DNA from: Myxococcota bacterium
GTDB taxonomy: Bacteria > Myxococcota_A > UBA9160 > JAFDDA01
NCBI GenBank assembly: GCA_965228475.1
Contig: OZ245817.1
Location: forward strand, 576,001-640,000
DNA: 64,000 nt
Direction: 5' to 3'
Below are positions 19,183-30,708 of this stretch, one piece after another. The translations under genes and the position numbers were made by a program. The notes under the pieces were generated by a model. The model saw only the letters and a program-made list of their open reading frames with translations. It ran no database searches and was not told where the DNA came from. Each line of letters starts with the position of its first letter. Position 1 is the first letter of the stretch.

Positions 19183-20168
19183 GAGAGGAGATCCTTGCGC
19201 GGATCCTGCGGCCCCAGCTCGCCGGTCGCTTCGACGCGCTCGCGGCCGGCATCGTCCAGATCCTTCGGGACGCGGATGCGCACGGTCACGTAGAGGTCAC
19301 CCGCGGCGCTTCGCCCCGCACCGGGAATCCCCTTGCCGCGCAGCCGGAGGCGCTGGCCGCCGTCGGTGCCGGCGGGGAGGGTGAGGGTCGCCGTGCCTTC
19401 GAGGGTCGGCACCTCGAGCTGCGCGCCGAGCGTCGCCTCCGCGAACGTCACGGGGACGTCGAGGTGGAGGTCGCGGCCTTCGCGCCGGAACATCGGATCC
19501 TTCGCCACGCGCAGCGTCGCGTACAGGTCTCCGGCGGGGCCGCCGCCGCGTCCTTCGGACCCCTTGCCCGGGATGCGGATGCGCGCGCCGTCGATCATGC
19601 CGCGCGGCACCTTCACGGTGATCGATTCGGTCGCCGAGGCCGGGCCGCCGCTGCGCGCGAGACTCAGGCGCCGCTCGCAGCCGAGCGCCGCTTCGCGCAG
19701 GGAGAGGTGGAGTTCGGCTTCGAGGTCGGCGCCGCGCCGCGGGCCCGCCGCACGCTGCTGGCCCATCATGCGGGCGATCAGGTCCTCGAGGTCGCCGCCG
19801 AACTGGAAGGATTCGGCCCCCTCGCCGAAGCCGCCGCTGCGGAACTCGCCTCCACCGAACCCGCCTCCACCAAACCCGCCTCCACCGAACTGGGAATGGA
19901 AGGCGCCCTGGGCGCGCCGGGCTGCTTCGGCGTCGAAGCCGCCCTCGAGGGAGACGTCGCCGAACTCGTCGTAGTCGCGCCGCTTGGCCTCGTCCGAGAG
20001 CACGGCATAGGCCTCGGAGACCTCCTTGAAGCGCGCTTCGGCGGCCTCGTCCCCCGGATTCACGTCCGGGTGGAGCTGGCGCGCGAGCTTGCGGTAGGCC
20101 TTCTTCAGGGCGTCCGCGTCGACGTCCGAGGGGACGCCCAGCACCTCGTAGAGATTCTTCCGGGCCAT
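19179..20168 (-). CDS. cbpA: class-B DnaJ protein (CbpA-like, no zinc finger)
   Basis: J-domain with HPD, G/F-rich linker, GDLY, C-terminal domain; no CxxCxGxG repeats. Confidence 0.85.
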   Translation of the reverse strand: MARKNLYEVLGVPSDVDADALKKAYRKLARQLHPDVNPGDEAAEARFKEVSEAYAVLSDEAKRRDYDEFGDVSLEGGFDAEAARRAQGAFHSQFGGGGFGGGGFGGGEFRSGGFGEGAESFQFGGDLEDLIARMMGQQRAAGPRRGADLEAELHLSLREAALGCERRLSLARSGGPASATESITVKVPRGMIDGARIRIPGKGSEGRGGGPAGDLYATLRVAKDPMFRREGRDLHLDVPVTFAEATLGAQLEVPTLEGTATLTLPAGTDGGQRLRLRGKGIPGAGRSAAGDLYVTVRIRVPKDLDDAGRERVEATGELGPQDPRKDLLS

Positions 20169-20216
20169 GGCCCAAGAACCTAAGCACCGCGGGCGCCGCG
20201 TCCAGCCCGGGCGCAG

Positions 20217-20861
20217 CTAGCTCCGGCGACGCTCGAGCAGCACCTGGAAGCGCTCCTTCCAGGCCTCGGAGAGCGGCTCGATCGCCAGGATCGCCTCCCG
20301 CTCGGCCTCGCCCCCGTGGAACATGGCGCGGCCGAGCTGCTGGAGGGTGAAGCCCTCGGGCCCGCGCGCGACGAGCTCGGCCGGCTCCCCGGCGGCGAGG
20401 GTGCCGGGCTCGATCACCCGGACGTACCAGCCGGAGCGGCCGCTTTCGATGATCCATTTCAGGAGCTGCGGGACACCCGCGTTCAGGCCGGGCTTGGCGC
20501 AGCGCTCCGTCGGCATGCTGACCTCGACGAGGGCCGTCCCGATCCGCAGGCGGTCGCCCGGCCGGGCCTCGGTCTCGTCGTAGCCCTCGAGGAGCACGTT
20601 CTCTCCGAAGGTCGAGGGTGGAAAGGCCTGCCCGGCGAGGGATTCGAAGTGCGCGTAGCTCTCCCGGGCGAAGACGTGCAGGGCCCGCTCGGGCCCGCCG
20701 TGGACGTGGCGCTCGTAGACCTCGTCGCCTTCGAGCCCCGTCGTCCCGAGTGCGGCGCCGCCGGAGAGTTCCGTCTTGCGGATCGCACTCGAGTCCGGAT
20801 CGCCGCCGCCGGAAGGGAAGGGCGCGACGCGGCCGGTTCGCACGGAGAGGATGCGGATCAT
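20217..20861 (-). CDS. MOSC-domain protein (YiiM-like)
   Basis: GLEGDE, HGGPERA, FGEN, conserved Cys (ERCAK), SGWYVRVIEPG. Confidence 0.88.
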   Translation of the reverse strand: MIRILSVRTGRVAPFPSGGGDPDSSAIRKTELSGGAALGTTGLEGDEVYERHVHGGPERALHVFARESYAHFESLAGQAFPPSTFGENVLLEGYDETEARPGDRLRIGTALVEVSMPTERCAKPGLNAGVPQLLKWIIESGRSGWYVRVIEPGTLAAGEPAELVARGPEGFTLQQLGRAMFHGGEAEREAILAIEPLSEAWKERFQVLLERRRS

Positions 20862-20915
20862 GCCGCCGAGTGTAGGGCGAGCCGCACGGGACTGCCCCGG
20901 GGCCGAAGCATTGCC

Positions 20916-21647
20916 CTAGGAAGTCTGCGGCGAGGTCGGGTCGAGGGAGGCCGCGAGGCCGGCGATGAGGTGCCGCGCTCCGTCGGCGAAGGTCTCGTCC
21001 GCTTCGCCCTTGGCGAAGTGCGGCAGGAGCTCCATCAGCTCCTGGATCTGTTCGGTCTCTGGGGAGCCGGCCGGCGGAAAGGCCGAGATCACGACGGCGC
21101 CCACCTCGACGCCCGGGTAGGCCTGGCGGGTGCGGATCTCGGTCATCGCGTAGCCGAACGTGAACCACATGATCTCGCGCGAGGCGCGCACCACGCTCGC
21201 ATCGTCGAAGCCCGCGGAGCGCAGCACGACGAGCAGGGAGTTGATCGTGCGGAGAAAGGCCGGCGCATAGCGAGAGTGCGTGCGCAGGAGCGGGAGGACC
21301 GAGGGGTGCTCCCGCAGCTGGGAGCGCACGCCGTGCATCCAGGCGAGGGCGCGGACGGTCCAGTCGCCGTCCTCCGGCACTTCGAGATCCAGGCGGTCGA
21401 GGACGAGGCTCGTCACGCCATCGAGCAGGTCGTCCTTGTTCCGGATGTGGCGGTAGAGCGACATCGGAGCGGTGTCGAGGGCGCTCGCGAGCGCCCGCAT
21501 GCTGACGCCGGCATCCACGTCGTCGCCGAGCAGCTCGAGCGCCTTCTCGAGGATGCGTTGGCGGGAGAGAGGTTCGCGGCGGGGGCGGGAGCGGGGCGTT
21601 CGGCCAGCGGCCGCGCGCGCCGCGGCTCCGGGCGAGTTCTTCGGCAT
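20916..21647 (-). CDS. TetR-family regulator with TetR_C-type C-terminal domain
   Basis: SMRALASALDTAPMSLYRHIRNKDDLL. Confidence 0.9.
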   Translation of the reverse strand: MPKNSPGAAARAAAGRTPRSRPRREPLSRQRILEKALELLGDDVDAGVSMRALASALDTAPMSLYRHIRNKDDLLDGVTSLVLDRLDLEVPEDGDWTVRALAWMHGVRSQLREHPSVLPLLRTHSRYAPAFLRTINSLLVVLRSAGFDDASVVRASREIMWFTFGYAMTEIRTRQAYPGVEVGAVVISAFPPAGSPETEQIQELMELLPHFAKGEADETFADGARHLIAGLAASLDPTSPQTS

Positions 21648-21683
21648 GAGGGTCTCCGGCCGGCACTGGGCGGGGCGCCGGCG

Positions 21684-21710
21684 GCGTACGCCATAGCGTA
21701 CATCGTACGC
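21684..21710. promoter_or_regulatory. candidate TetR operator
   Basis: Perfect palindrome GCGTAC-ATC-GTACGC (21696-21710) plus an extra GCGTACG half-site (21684-21690), just upstream of the TetR gene. Confidence 0.7.
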
Positions 21711-21970
21711 GGCCGGTTTCCAGTCCCGATCGGATCGCGGCGGGTCTTCTTCGAGGCTCGGAAGCCGGCGCCGCGACGCGGTCGCTTCGACGCATGGACG
21801 CGCCGCGTCGAACGGTGCGCGCCGCCGCTCGAAACCATTCCGGCACGCCGGGCGTCCCTGTCTTTGAAGGCGAGGCCCTGTGATAGGCTAGGCCGCCTTT
21901 CCGACCGGGCCGCGTCACGGCCGGCCGGTTCGGTTCGTCCACCGGGTTCCTTCTGGGGGAAGTCCTTCCG

Positions 21971-23305
21971 ATGCATCGCACCCAAGCTGCTCGTCTCCTC
22001 ACGTTCGCACTCGCATTCGCCTCGCTGGCGCTTCCCGGGAAGACGCTCGCCCAGGAGGACGCCACCGCGGCCGGTCCGGCGTTCAAGGAAGGCGACGTGC
22101 TCGGCTTCGAGCAGCTCGACCAGCTGAAGAAGTATCTCCCCGAGGAGTTCTGGGACAACCGGGACTTCTTCTTCTACGAAGGCATGACCCTCGAGATCGG
22201 TCCGGCCAACGCGGACTACTCCCCGGCGGAGGCCTTCCAGGAGGCTACGGAGAAGTTCAAGGGCACGGCGCGGATCGGCCCCGACGGAAGCCTCGAGAAC
22301 TACACCGCCGGCACGCCCTTCCCGATGTCCGACTTCGACTGCAAGGGCGACCCCCAGGCCGGCTCGAAGTTCATGTGGAACTTCGAGCGCCGCTGGAGCG
22401 GCGGCGGCGGCGAGGCCCGCTTCTTCTACTCGTATTGGGACCGCGGCGAGCGCCTGCCGCTCTACTACGAGGGCACGGGCCGCGGGATTCCGCTCTCCTA
22501 CCGCGTCGAGCCCCAATACCTCGAGAAGAACAACGGCGACCTCTTCCGCAACGAGAAGCGCCGCGTGGCGAGCGGCGCCGAGGTGACGGCGCCCTTCGAT
22601 GCCCGCGGCATCAAGCTCCTCACCTACCGCTACAAGAGCAGCTACGGCCCGCTCGACGAAGCGAAGAACGACGACACCTGGGTCTACGTGCCGACGCTCC
22701 GCCGCGTGCGCCGCATCTCGGCCGCCCAGCGCACGGACGCGATCTCGGGCACGGACTTCACCTTCGACGATCTCTTCAGCTTCAACGGCATCGTCCCCCA
22801 GTACGAGTGGACCTGCCTCGGCGAGTTCGACTACATCGCCCCGGGGAACACCAAGATCAAGGGCTACCCCTACGTGAAGGACCAGAACTACGGCCCCTAC
22901 GGCCTCTCGCTCGCGAGCGACCGCTGGGAGATGCGCAAGATGGTGAAGGTCCGGATGAAGCCGAAGAATCCCGACCATCCGTACTCGTACAAGGACATCT
23001 ACGTCGACCGCGAGACCTTCGAGCCGCACTACTCCTTCGCGTACGACCAGAAGGACGAGCTCTGGAAGATCATCTGGCACGCGAAGCGCTGGAGTGAGGA
23101 CACGAGCCTCGCCGGCACCTGGTACGAAGGCTGGGAAGGCGTCTCGGAGCCCCGCGACTTCCGGACCGTCGCCGACATCATCGTGAACGTGCAGACCGGA
23201 ACCGGGAACCGCATCGAGTTCTTCGATGCCACGGGCGAGCCGCTGTCCTCGAAGGCGAAGATCCGTCGCTACATCGACACGGGCCGCCTCACGATGGGCC
23301 GCTAG
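21971..23305 (+). CDS. DUF1329-family secreted protein (LolA-like fold)
   Basis: Signal peptide; GTPFP, WVYVPTLRRVRR, YDQKDELWK. Confidence 0.88.
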   Translation: MHRTQAARLLTFALAFASLALPGKTLAQEDATAAGPAFKEGDVLGFEQLDQLKKYLPEEFWDNRDFFFYEGMTLEIGPANADYSPAEAFQEATEKFKGTARIGPDGSLENYTAGTPFPMSDFDCKGDPQAGSKFMWNFERRWSGGGGEARFFYSYWDRGERLPLYYEGTGRGIPLSYRVEPQYLEKNNGDLFRNEKRRVASGAEVTAPFDARGIKLLTYRYKSSYGPLDEAKNDDTWVYVPTLRRVRRISAAQRTDAISGTDFTFDDLFSFNGIVPQYEWTCLGEFDYIAPGNTKIKGYPYVKDQNYGPYGLSLASDRWEMRKMVKVRMKPKNPDHPYSYKDIYVDRETFEPHYSFAYDQKDELWKIIWHAKRWSEDTSLAGTWYEGWEGVSEPRDFRTVADIIVNVQTGTGNRIEFFDATGEPLSSKAKIRRYIDTGRLTMGR

Positions 23306-23316
23306 CCGGACGAAGG

Positions 23317-24135
23317 CTACTCGGCGAGAGGCTTCAGCTTCTCGAGCAGCTCGGCCTGGGAGCCGACCTCGAGCTTCAGGAAGATCCGCTTCAGGTGGTT
23401 GCGGACCGTGTGCGGGCTGATGAACAGCCGGCGCGCGACCGTGGCCACGCGGTAGCCGTTCCGGATCAGCTCGAGCACCTCCTGCTCGCGCGGCGACAGC
23501 ACCGAGAGATCGACGGTCGCCGGCACGGGGCCGGGCGGGCGCGCGACGGGGTCGAGCGGCGTGGGCTGCGCCGGCTCGAGCTGGCCGAGCTCGCGAAGCC
23601 CTTCTCGCAGGACGCGGGAGGTGCCGTCGACGAGCTGGTGGACGGCCGTGGCGTCGATCTCGGGCTGGGGCGTGCGGAACACCTCGTGGACCGTCTGCAC
23701 GTCCTCGTGGAGCTGCGCGAGCCGGCTTCCGAGGGAGCTCATGCTGCGCCGGATGCGGACCTGCCGGACCGCCTCCGCCACGCGCTCCCGGAGCGTCTCG
23801 ATCTCGATGGGTTTCACGAGGTAGGCGAACACCCGGAGGTCGAGGGAGCCCACCGCCGAATCCACCGAAGGGAAGCCCGTCACGACGATCACGGCCGGGC
23901 CGTCGTCCTGCTCGCAGAGGCGCTGCACGAATTCGAGCTGGTGGTTCCCCGGCATGCGGATGTCGGAGATCACCACGTCGAAGGGTTCTTTGTTCAGCCA
24001 CTCCGTGGCTTCGGCGGCGCCCGGTGCCGTCCGGCACTCGTGGCCGAGGCGCGTCAGCATGTCCGAGGTGGGCTCGAGGAAGGCCTGCTCGTCGTCGACG
24101 AGCAACACGCGCCCTGCCTCGTCCACACGCCGCAT
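23317..24135 (-). CDS. response regulator (REC plus LuxR-type HTH)
   Basis: LLVDDE, DIRMP, YLVKP; LSPREQEVL...ISPHTVRNHLKRIFLKL. Confidence 0.92.
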   Translation of the reverse strand: MRRVDEAGRVLLVDDEQAFLEPTSDMLTRLGHECRTAPGAAEATEWLNKEPFDVVISDIRMPGNHQLEFVQRLCEQDDGPAVIVVTGFPSVDSAVGSLDLRVFAYLVKPIEIETLRERVAEAVRQVRIRRSMSSLGSRLAQLHEDVQTVHEVFRTPQPEIDATAVHQLVDGTSRVLREGLRELGQLEPAQPTPLDPVARPPGPVPATVDLSVLSPREQEVLELIRNGYRVATVARRLFISPHTVRNHLKRIFLKLEVGSQAELLEKLKPLAE

Positions 24136-24172
24136 CGGGCTCTCCCCCTCGGTCGTCGAGCCTACCATGGCG

Positions 24173-26911
24173 CTACCGGCCCTCCCCGCCGAAATTCGAG
24201 CCATCGCGGGGGATCGCGCGGTCGAGGGCCTCGATCAGCTCCGCCGAAGAGAACGGTTTGCGGACGAAGCCCGCGTGGCCGAGGCCGCCGGCGGTCTCGT
24301 GGAACTCGTTCTCGGCGAAGCCACTCATCAGCAGGACCGGGAGGCCGGGTGAGGTCTCTTGGAGCGCACGGAGGACGTCTTCCCCGGAGAGGCCCGGCAT
24401 GGTCCAGTCGAGCAGGACGGCGCGAATCTCCGCGCCGCGTTCGGCGTGGATCTCGAGGGCTTCGCGGCCCGATGCGGCGCGGAGGGTGCGGTAGCCCGCG
24501 CCCTCCGCGATCCGGGCGACGAGCTTCAGCACCATGGGCTCGTCGTCGACGAGGAGCACGGTTCCCCGCTCGCGCTCTCCTTCGGGTGCGGCGTCCTCGA
24601 GGCGGGGGCGCGTCGCGTCGGTGTTCTCCGTCGAGCCTTCGGGATGGAAGACCGGCAGCAAGACGCGGAAGACGGTTCCGCGGCCGGGCTCGCTCTCGAG
24701 GAAGACCGCGCCGCCGTGGCCGCGAACGATGCCCAGCACCGCGGCCAGGCCGAGGCCCCGGCCGGTGAACTTGGTGCTGAAGAAGGGTTCGAAGATCTTG
24801 CGCTGGGTCTCGAGGGACATGCCGCAGCCGGAATCCTCGACCTGGAGGAAGACGTACTCTCCGGCCGGCGGCGTCTCTTCGAGGTAGCTCTCACGCAGGG
24901 TGTCGGCGTCGGCGTGGCACACCCCGACCCGCACGTGGATCTCGCCGGCTCCCCCTTCGACGGCCTCGGCCGCGTTGGTCATCAGGTTCAGGACGATCTG
25001 CCCGAGCTGGCTGGCATCGCCGCGGGTGTGCGGCAGATCCTCGCCGAAGGTATAGGTGGTCGCGATGCCGCGCAGCGAAGTGCGCAGGAGCGGGGCGATG
25101 CTGCGCACGACCTCGCCGAGATCCACCGGTTCGAGGGCGAGCTCGGCGCGTCCGGCGTAGGCCAGCATCTGGGTGCACAGGGCTGCCGCGCGCCGCGCGG
25201 CCTGGTCGATCTCCTGCACCATGCCTCGCAGGGGAGCGTCGGGGGGCACCTCCTCGAGGGCGAGGCTCGCGTTGCCGAGGACGCCGGTCAGCAGGTTGTT
25301 GAAGTCGTGGGCGATTCCGCCGGCGAGCACACCCAGGCTCTCGAGCTTCTGCGTCTGCTGAACGCGGGTTTGCAGGCGACGGTTCTCGGTGACGTCCTCC
25401 GTCCATCCCGCCGTGCGCACGATCGCACCGCTGGCGTCGCGGATCGCGAACCCGCGCGTCCGCGTCCACAGGACTTCGCCGTCCTCGCGGATGAGCCGGT
25501 AGTTCGACTCGAAGGAACCTTCCCGCGCCAGCTCGGCGATTCCCTGGGCGGCGATCTCCCGGTCTTCAGGGTGGACGTCGTCGAGCCAGGCCATCGGCGT
25601 CTCCTGGATCGTGTCGTCTTCGGGAAAGCCCTCGAGGCGGCGGGTCCGGTAGATCACCTCGCCGGTCTCCCAATCGCACAGCCAGAACATGCCGCCGACG
25701 TGCTCGGCGAGCTGCCGGAAGCGCGCTTCGCTCTCGCGCAGGGCTTCGTGGGCTCGCTTGGCCTCGGTCACGTCCTCGGCGATGCCGGCGATCCGGTAGA
25801 CCTGGCCGGTCGCGTTGCGGATCGGGAAACCCCGGTCGTGGATCCAGCGGAGGTCGCCGTTGGGCCGCATGACGCGGTACTCGACGTCGAAGTCGCCGCG
25901 CGCGGCCTTCTCCTTGAACTCCCCCCAGACGCGCCGCCGGTCTTCGGGGTGGACCGAGTCGATCCAGTGGCGCGAATGGTCGTGAATGGCCTCGATGCCG
26001 TGTCCCCAGATCCGCTCGTAGGCGGGGCTGACGTAGACGACCTGGCGCGCGTCGACGTCGTAGAGCCAGAAGACCTGGTGGATGCTCTCGGCGAGCTGGC
26101 GGAAGCGCTCCTCGCTCTCGGCGAGGGCCGCCGCCGCCCGGCGCTGCTCGGTGACGTCACGGGAGACGGCGAGGATCTCGCGCGGATTTCCGTCGGCGTC
26201 TCGCAGCATGCGGCAGCTCGATTGGAGCCAGCGATCGCTTCCGTCCTGGTGCTTCACGCGGAACTCGAACGTGCGTGGCTCGGTCGAGCGGAAGAGCTCG
26301 CGCGCGTGCCGCGCCCAGTTCGCAAAGTCTTCGGGAAGGATCCAGTCGCGGGGGGGCTCGGTCAGGCTGTCGTGGGGTGAGTAGCCGAGGACGGCTTCGA
26401 TCGAAGGCGATGCGTAGAGCACGCGGCCGTCGAGGGCGTGCCGGGAAATCAGGTCGCTCACGTTCTCCGCGACGATGCGGAACGTCTCGCGCTCCTCGCG
26501 GCTCACCCGCTCGGCTTCGTGCTGCTCCGTGACGTCCTCGCCGGTCCCGGCGAAGTGCGTCGTCGCTCCGCGCTCGTCGACGACGGGCCTCCCGCAAAGC
26601 CGCACCCAGCGCTCGCTGCCGTCTTCGCGGAAGACTCGCACGGTACGCTCGAAACGCTTCTCGGCCGCGAGATCCCGCCGCAGGGCCGGCCGGTGCGTCG
26701 GGTCGACGTTGTCCCACCAGGAGCGGGGTTTCTCCGCGAGGCTCGCACGGGAGCGTCCGGTCAGGGCTTCGTAGGCGGCGTTCACGTGAACGAGGCCGTT
26801 CTCGTAGTCGAACAGCCAGAGGAGGGCATCGACGTTCTCGGCCAGGAGCTGGCCGAGCGCGGGGCGGTCGGGGTGCGGTTCCGTTCCCTTCGTTCCGTTT
26901 CGGGGCGCCAC
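24173..26911 (-). CDS. cytoplasmic hybrid histidine kinase (4 PAS/PAC, HisKA, HATPase, REC)
   Basis: Repeated HPED PAS motifs, GGIAHDFNNLL, FFSTKFTGRGLGL, LLVDDE, DWTMP. Confidence 0.93.
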   Translation of the reverse strand: MAPRNGTKGTEPHPDRPALGQLLAENVDALLWLFDYENGLVHVNAAYEALTGRSRASLAEKPRSWWDNVDPTHRPALRRDLAAEKRFERTVRVFREDGSERWVRLCGRPVVDERGATTHFAGTGEDVTEQHEAERVSREERETFRIVAENVSDLISRHALDGRVLYASPSIEAVLGYSPHDSLTEPPRDWILPEDFANWARHARELFRSTEPRTFEFRVKHQDGSDRWLQSSCRMLRDADGNPREILAVSRDVTEQRRAAAALAESEERFRQLAESIHQVFWLYDVDARQVVYVSPAYERIWGHGIEAIHDHSRHWIDSVHPEDRRRVWGEFKEKAARGDFDVEYRVMRPNGDLRWIHDRGFPIRNATGQVYRIAGIAEDVTEAKRAHEALRESEARFRQLAEHVGGMFWLCDWETGEVIYRTRRLEGFPEDDTIQETPMAWLDDVHPEDREIAAQGIAELAREGSFESNYRLIREDGEVLWTRTRGFAIRDASGAIVRTAGWTEDVTENRRLQTRVQQTQKLESLGVLAGGIAHDFNNLLTGVLGNASLALEEVPPDAPLRGMVQEIDQAARRAAALCTQMLAYAGRAELALEPVDLGEVVRSIAPLLRTSLRGIATTYTFGEDLPHTRGDASQLGQIVLNLMTNAAEAVEGGAGEIHVRVGVCHADADTLRESYLEETPPAGEYVFLQVEDSGCGMSLETQRKIFEPFFSTKFTGRGLGLAAVLGIVRGHGGAVFLESEPGRGTVFRVLLPVFHPEGSTENTDATRPRLEDAAPEGERERGTVLLVDDEPMVLKLVARIAEGAGYRTLRAASGREALEIHAERGAEIRAVLLDWTMPGLSGEDVLRALQETSPGLPVLLMSGFAENEFHETAGGLGHAGFVRKPFSSAELIEALDRAIPRDGSNFGGEGR

Positions 26912-27007
26912 GAAACTCCCTCGCGACGAGCATAACGTCTGGTTCGGCGTCGAATCCAGAAAACGATCGGCGGCGCGGCGTCCCGTGCGCCACTAGACTG
27001 CCGCCCG

Positions 27008-28387
27008 ATGCGTGCGGACTTTTCTCCCTTCGAGGCCAAGATGCGAGCGGCGGACCTGCCGAGCCTCGCGATCGACACGTTTCGTGCCTACTACGAGCAG
27101 CTGGCCGCGGGAACGACCGGCCTGATCCCCGAGGCCGCGATCGAGCCCATCGAGCCGCTCCCTTCTTCCCAGGATCTCGTGCCCCACGGGGCGGCCGGCA
27201 CGAGCGCGCTCGGCGCGACCGTCGTGATCAAGTTGAACGGCGGTCTGGGCACGGGGATGGGGATGCAGCGAGCGAAGTCGCTGCTGCCCGTGAAGGGCGA
27301 GCTCAGCTTTCTCGACGTGATCGCGCGGCAGGTGGGCGCCCTCCGCGAGCGTGCGGGCGCCCGCTTGCCCCTCGTCCTGATGAACAGCTTCGCGACGCGC
27401 GACGACTCGCTGGCGCATCTCGCGCGCTACGACGCGCTCTCCGCCGATCTGCCCGCGGACTTCCTGCAACACCGCGTGCCGCGCGTGCGGGTCGACGATC
27501 TCTCGCCGGTCGAGTGGCCCGCGGACCCGGAAGCCGAGTGGTGTCCGCCCGGCCATGGTGATCTCTACCCGGCGCTCGTCACCTCGGGCGCGCTCGAGCG
27601 GATGCTCTCGGCCGGCTACCACTACGCCTTCGTCTCGAACTCGGACAACCTCGGCGCCGTGCTCGACCCTTCGATCCTCGGTTTCCTCGTCGAGCGGGAG
27701 CTTCCGTTCCTGATGGAGGTGGCCGACCGGACCGAGGCCGATCGCAAGGGCGGGCATCTCGCGCGCGAGCGCGGGGGCGGGCTCCTGCTCCGCGAGTCGG
27801 CCCAGTGTCCCGACGAGGACCAGGACGCCTTCCAGGACGTCGGCCGGCACCGCTACTTCAACACCAACTCGCTCTGGGTCGATCTGCGTGCGCTCGCCGA
27901 GCGGCTCGAGGCGAGCGGCGGCGTGCTCGGGCTGCCGATGATCCGCAACGAGAAGCACGTCGTCGCGTCGGACCCCGCGACCCCGCGCGTGTACCAGCTC
28001 GAGACGGCGATGGGCGCGGCGCTCTCGGTGTTCCCGGGCGCGGCGGCGCTGCGCGTGCCGCGCCGGCGCTTCGCCCCGGTCAAGGCGACGAGCGATCTCC
28101 TGGTCGTGCGCTCCGATGCCTACGCCCTCGACGCGGGCGCCGAGCTCGTGCCCCAGTGTCCGCCCGAGGCGCTTCCCCGCGTCACGCTCGATGCCGGCTT
28201 CAAGTCCGTCGCGGACTTCGACGCGCGCTTCCCGGCGGGCCCGCCGTCGCTGCGGGCCTGCCGCACGCTCCGGGTCGAGGGGGACGTCGTGTTCGGGGAG
28301 GGCGTCGTCGTCGAGGGCGACGTCGCGGTCCGCGCCGAGCCGGGGGAGACCCATCGCGTGCCCGACGGAGCCCGGCTCCGCGGATAG
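27008..28387 (+). CDS. UTP--glucose-1-phosphate uridylyltransferase, eukaryote-like UDPGP family
   Basis: KLNGGLGTGMG...AKS, LMNSF, WCPPGHGD, SNSDNLGA, LETAMG, FAPVK. Confidence 0.92.
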   Translation: MRADFSPFEAKMRAADLPSLAIDTFRAYYEQLAAGTTGLIPEAAIEPIEPLPSSQDLVPHGAAGTSALGATVVIKLNGGLGTGMGMQRAKSLLPVKGELSFLDVIARQVGALRERAGARLPLVLMNSFATRDDSLAHLARYDALSADLPADFLQHRVPRVRVDDLSPVEWPADPEAEWCPPGHGDLYPALVTSGALERMLSAGYHYAFVSNSDNLGAVLDPSILGFLVERELPFLMEVADRTEADRKGGHLARERGGGLLLRESAQCPDEDQDAFQDVGRHRYFNTNSLWVDLRALAERLEASGGVLGLPMIRNEKHVVASDPATPRVYQLETAMGAALSVFPGAAALRVPRRRFAPVKATSDLLVVRSDAYALDAGAELVPQCPPEALPRVTLDAGFKSVADFDARFPAGPPSLRACRTLRVEGDVVFGEGVVVEGDVAVRAEPGETHRVPDGARLRG

Positions 28388-28399
28388 CGTCGCGCGGGG

Positions 28400-29443
28400 T
28401 CAGTCCATGTCCCAGAAGAAGTCGGCGTTCGTGAGTTCGGCGCCCTTCTCGCCGCCGGCGGCGGGCGCCGCATCGTCGCCGCCACCCGGGGCCGCCTTGC
28501 CTTCGACCAGCTCGACCATCTCTTCGAGGTCGTTCGTCTCCTTCTGCCAGTAGTCCTCGCTGCCGAAGTGAGGGAAGGCGTCCGGGAACGCCGGGTCTTC
28601 CCAGTGGCGCGCGATCCACGCCGCGTAGTGGACGAAGCGCAGGGCCCGCAGCGGTTCGACGAGCTCGAGCCAGCGGTCCTCGAAGGGCCGGAACTCCCGA
28701 TACGCCGCGATGAGCTGTTCGCGCTGGCGGGCGCCGTAGCCGTCGCGGCCGGGCGCGAGCATCCAGACGTCCTGCACCGCCGGGCCGCGCAGCATGTCGT
28801 CGAAGTCGAGGAAGAACCAGCCCTCGCCGCGGTTCAGCAGGTTTCCGAGGTGGCAATCGCCGTGGATGCGGTGGAGCGGAACGTCGGCGCTGCGCTCGCC
28901 GTAGACCCGGGCGACGTGGCGCGTGGCGGCCTGGTAGCGCGCGGCGCAGGAGGGCGGGAGGAAGGCCTCGAGCACGCGCAGGGGCTCCTCGGCGTAGGTC
29001 TCCCCCGAGAGCGTGATCCGCGCCGGAGCCGCGCCCGCCGCGCCGACGTTGTGGATGCGGGCGAGCAGCCGGCCGAGCACGGCGACGTTCTCGTCGGAGA
29101 GTTCGTCGAGGCTGCGTCCGCCCGTCCGGGGCCAGACGGCGTAGTGGATGCCCTCGACCTCGTGGAGGGTCTCCCCGTCGGCGAAGCGGACCGGGGCGCA
29201 GACCGGGATCTCCGCGTCCGCGAGCTCGAAGAGGAAACGATGTTCGGAAAGGATCGCCTCGCGGCTCCAGCGCCCCGGGCGGTAGAACTTGGCGACGACG
29301 TGGCTCTCGTCCTCGAGGCGCAGGTCGTAGACGCGGTTCGCGAGGCTGTTGAGCGCGATGCAGTGGCCGGTCGGCCGGAATCCGCCCGCCTCGACGGCAC
29401 GAAGCACCCAATCGGGGGTCAGGCGGTAGAAGAATTGCGTCAT
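28400..29443 (-). CDS. srkA: stress-response Ser/Thr kinase SrkA/RdoA (YihE)
   Basis: [46 protein letters not shown]. Confidence 0.9.
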   Translation of the reverse strand: MTQFFYRLTPDWVLRAVEAGGFRPTGHCIALNSLANRVYDLRLEDESHVVAKFYRPGRWSREAILSEHRFLFELADAEIPVCAPVRFADGETLHEVEGIHYAVWPRTGGRSLDELSDENVAVLGRLLARIHNVGAAGAAPARITLSGETYAEEPLRVLEAFLPPSCAARYQAATRHVARVYGERSADVPLHRIHGDCHLGNLLNRGEGWFFLDFDDMLRGPAVQDVWMLAPGRDGYGARQREQLIAAYREFRPFEDRWLELVEPLRALRFVHYAAWIARHWEDPAFPDAFPHFGSEDYWQKETNDLEEMVELVEGKAAPGGGDDAAPAAGGEKGAELTNADFFWDMD

Positions 29444-29524
29444 CCCCGGGTACCATACGCCACTCGTCGACGGCATGTTCCGACGACGTCGTCAGCGAAG
29501 ACTCAATCCTCGGGGGGAAGCGGG

Positions 29525-30487
<963 letters not shown>

Positions 30488-30708
30488 GGAAGGCGCGTCA
30501 CGGAGGGCCGAGTCAGGTGTGGCCTTTTCGACTCATCCCCGGGCCAACGGTAAAAACCTGCCCAAGACCCTGGACAACGGGGGCCGAAATCCTCTAAACC
30601 GAACGCAAGCTTAGCGGGGGGAGCTGCCGTCGTGTTGCGGCTCCCCCACAGCAACGTCCCCCATCGAACCGTCTTTCGCGTTTTTCGATCAGGGAGAGGA
30701 ACACAACG

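Noticed and set aside
19847..19891. 15-bp x3 tandem repeat
   Set aside because: It encodes the ordinary GGGF-type G/F linker of a DnaJ protein.
21786..21812. 8-bp inverted repeat TTCGACGC/GCGTCGAA upstream of the DUF1329 gene
   Set aside because: It is short, GC-rich and expected by chance, with no supporting context.
30540..30660. Possible c-di-GMP or other known riboswitch upstream of the orphan barrel gene
   Set aside because: I could not match the conserved tetraloop/receptor nucleotides by eye, so it is kept only as generic structure.
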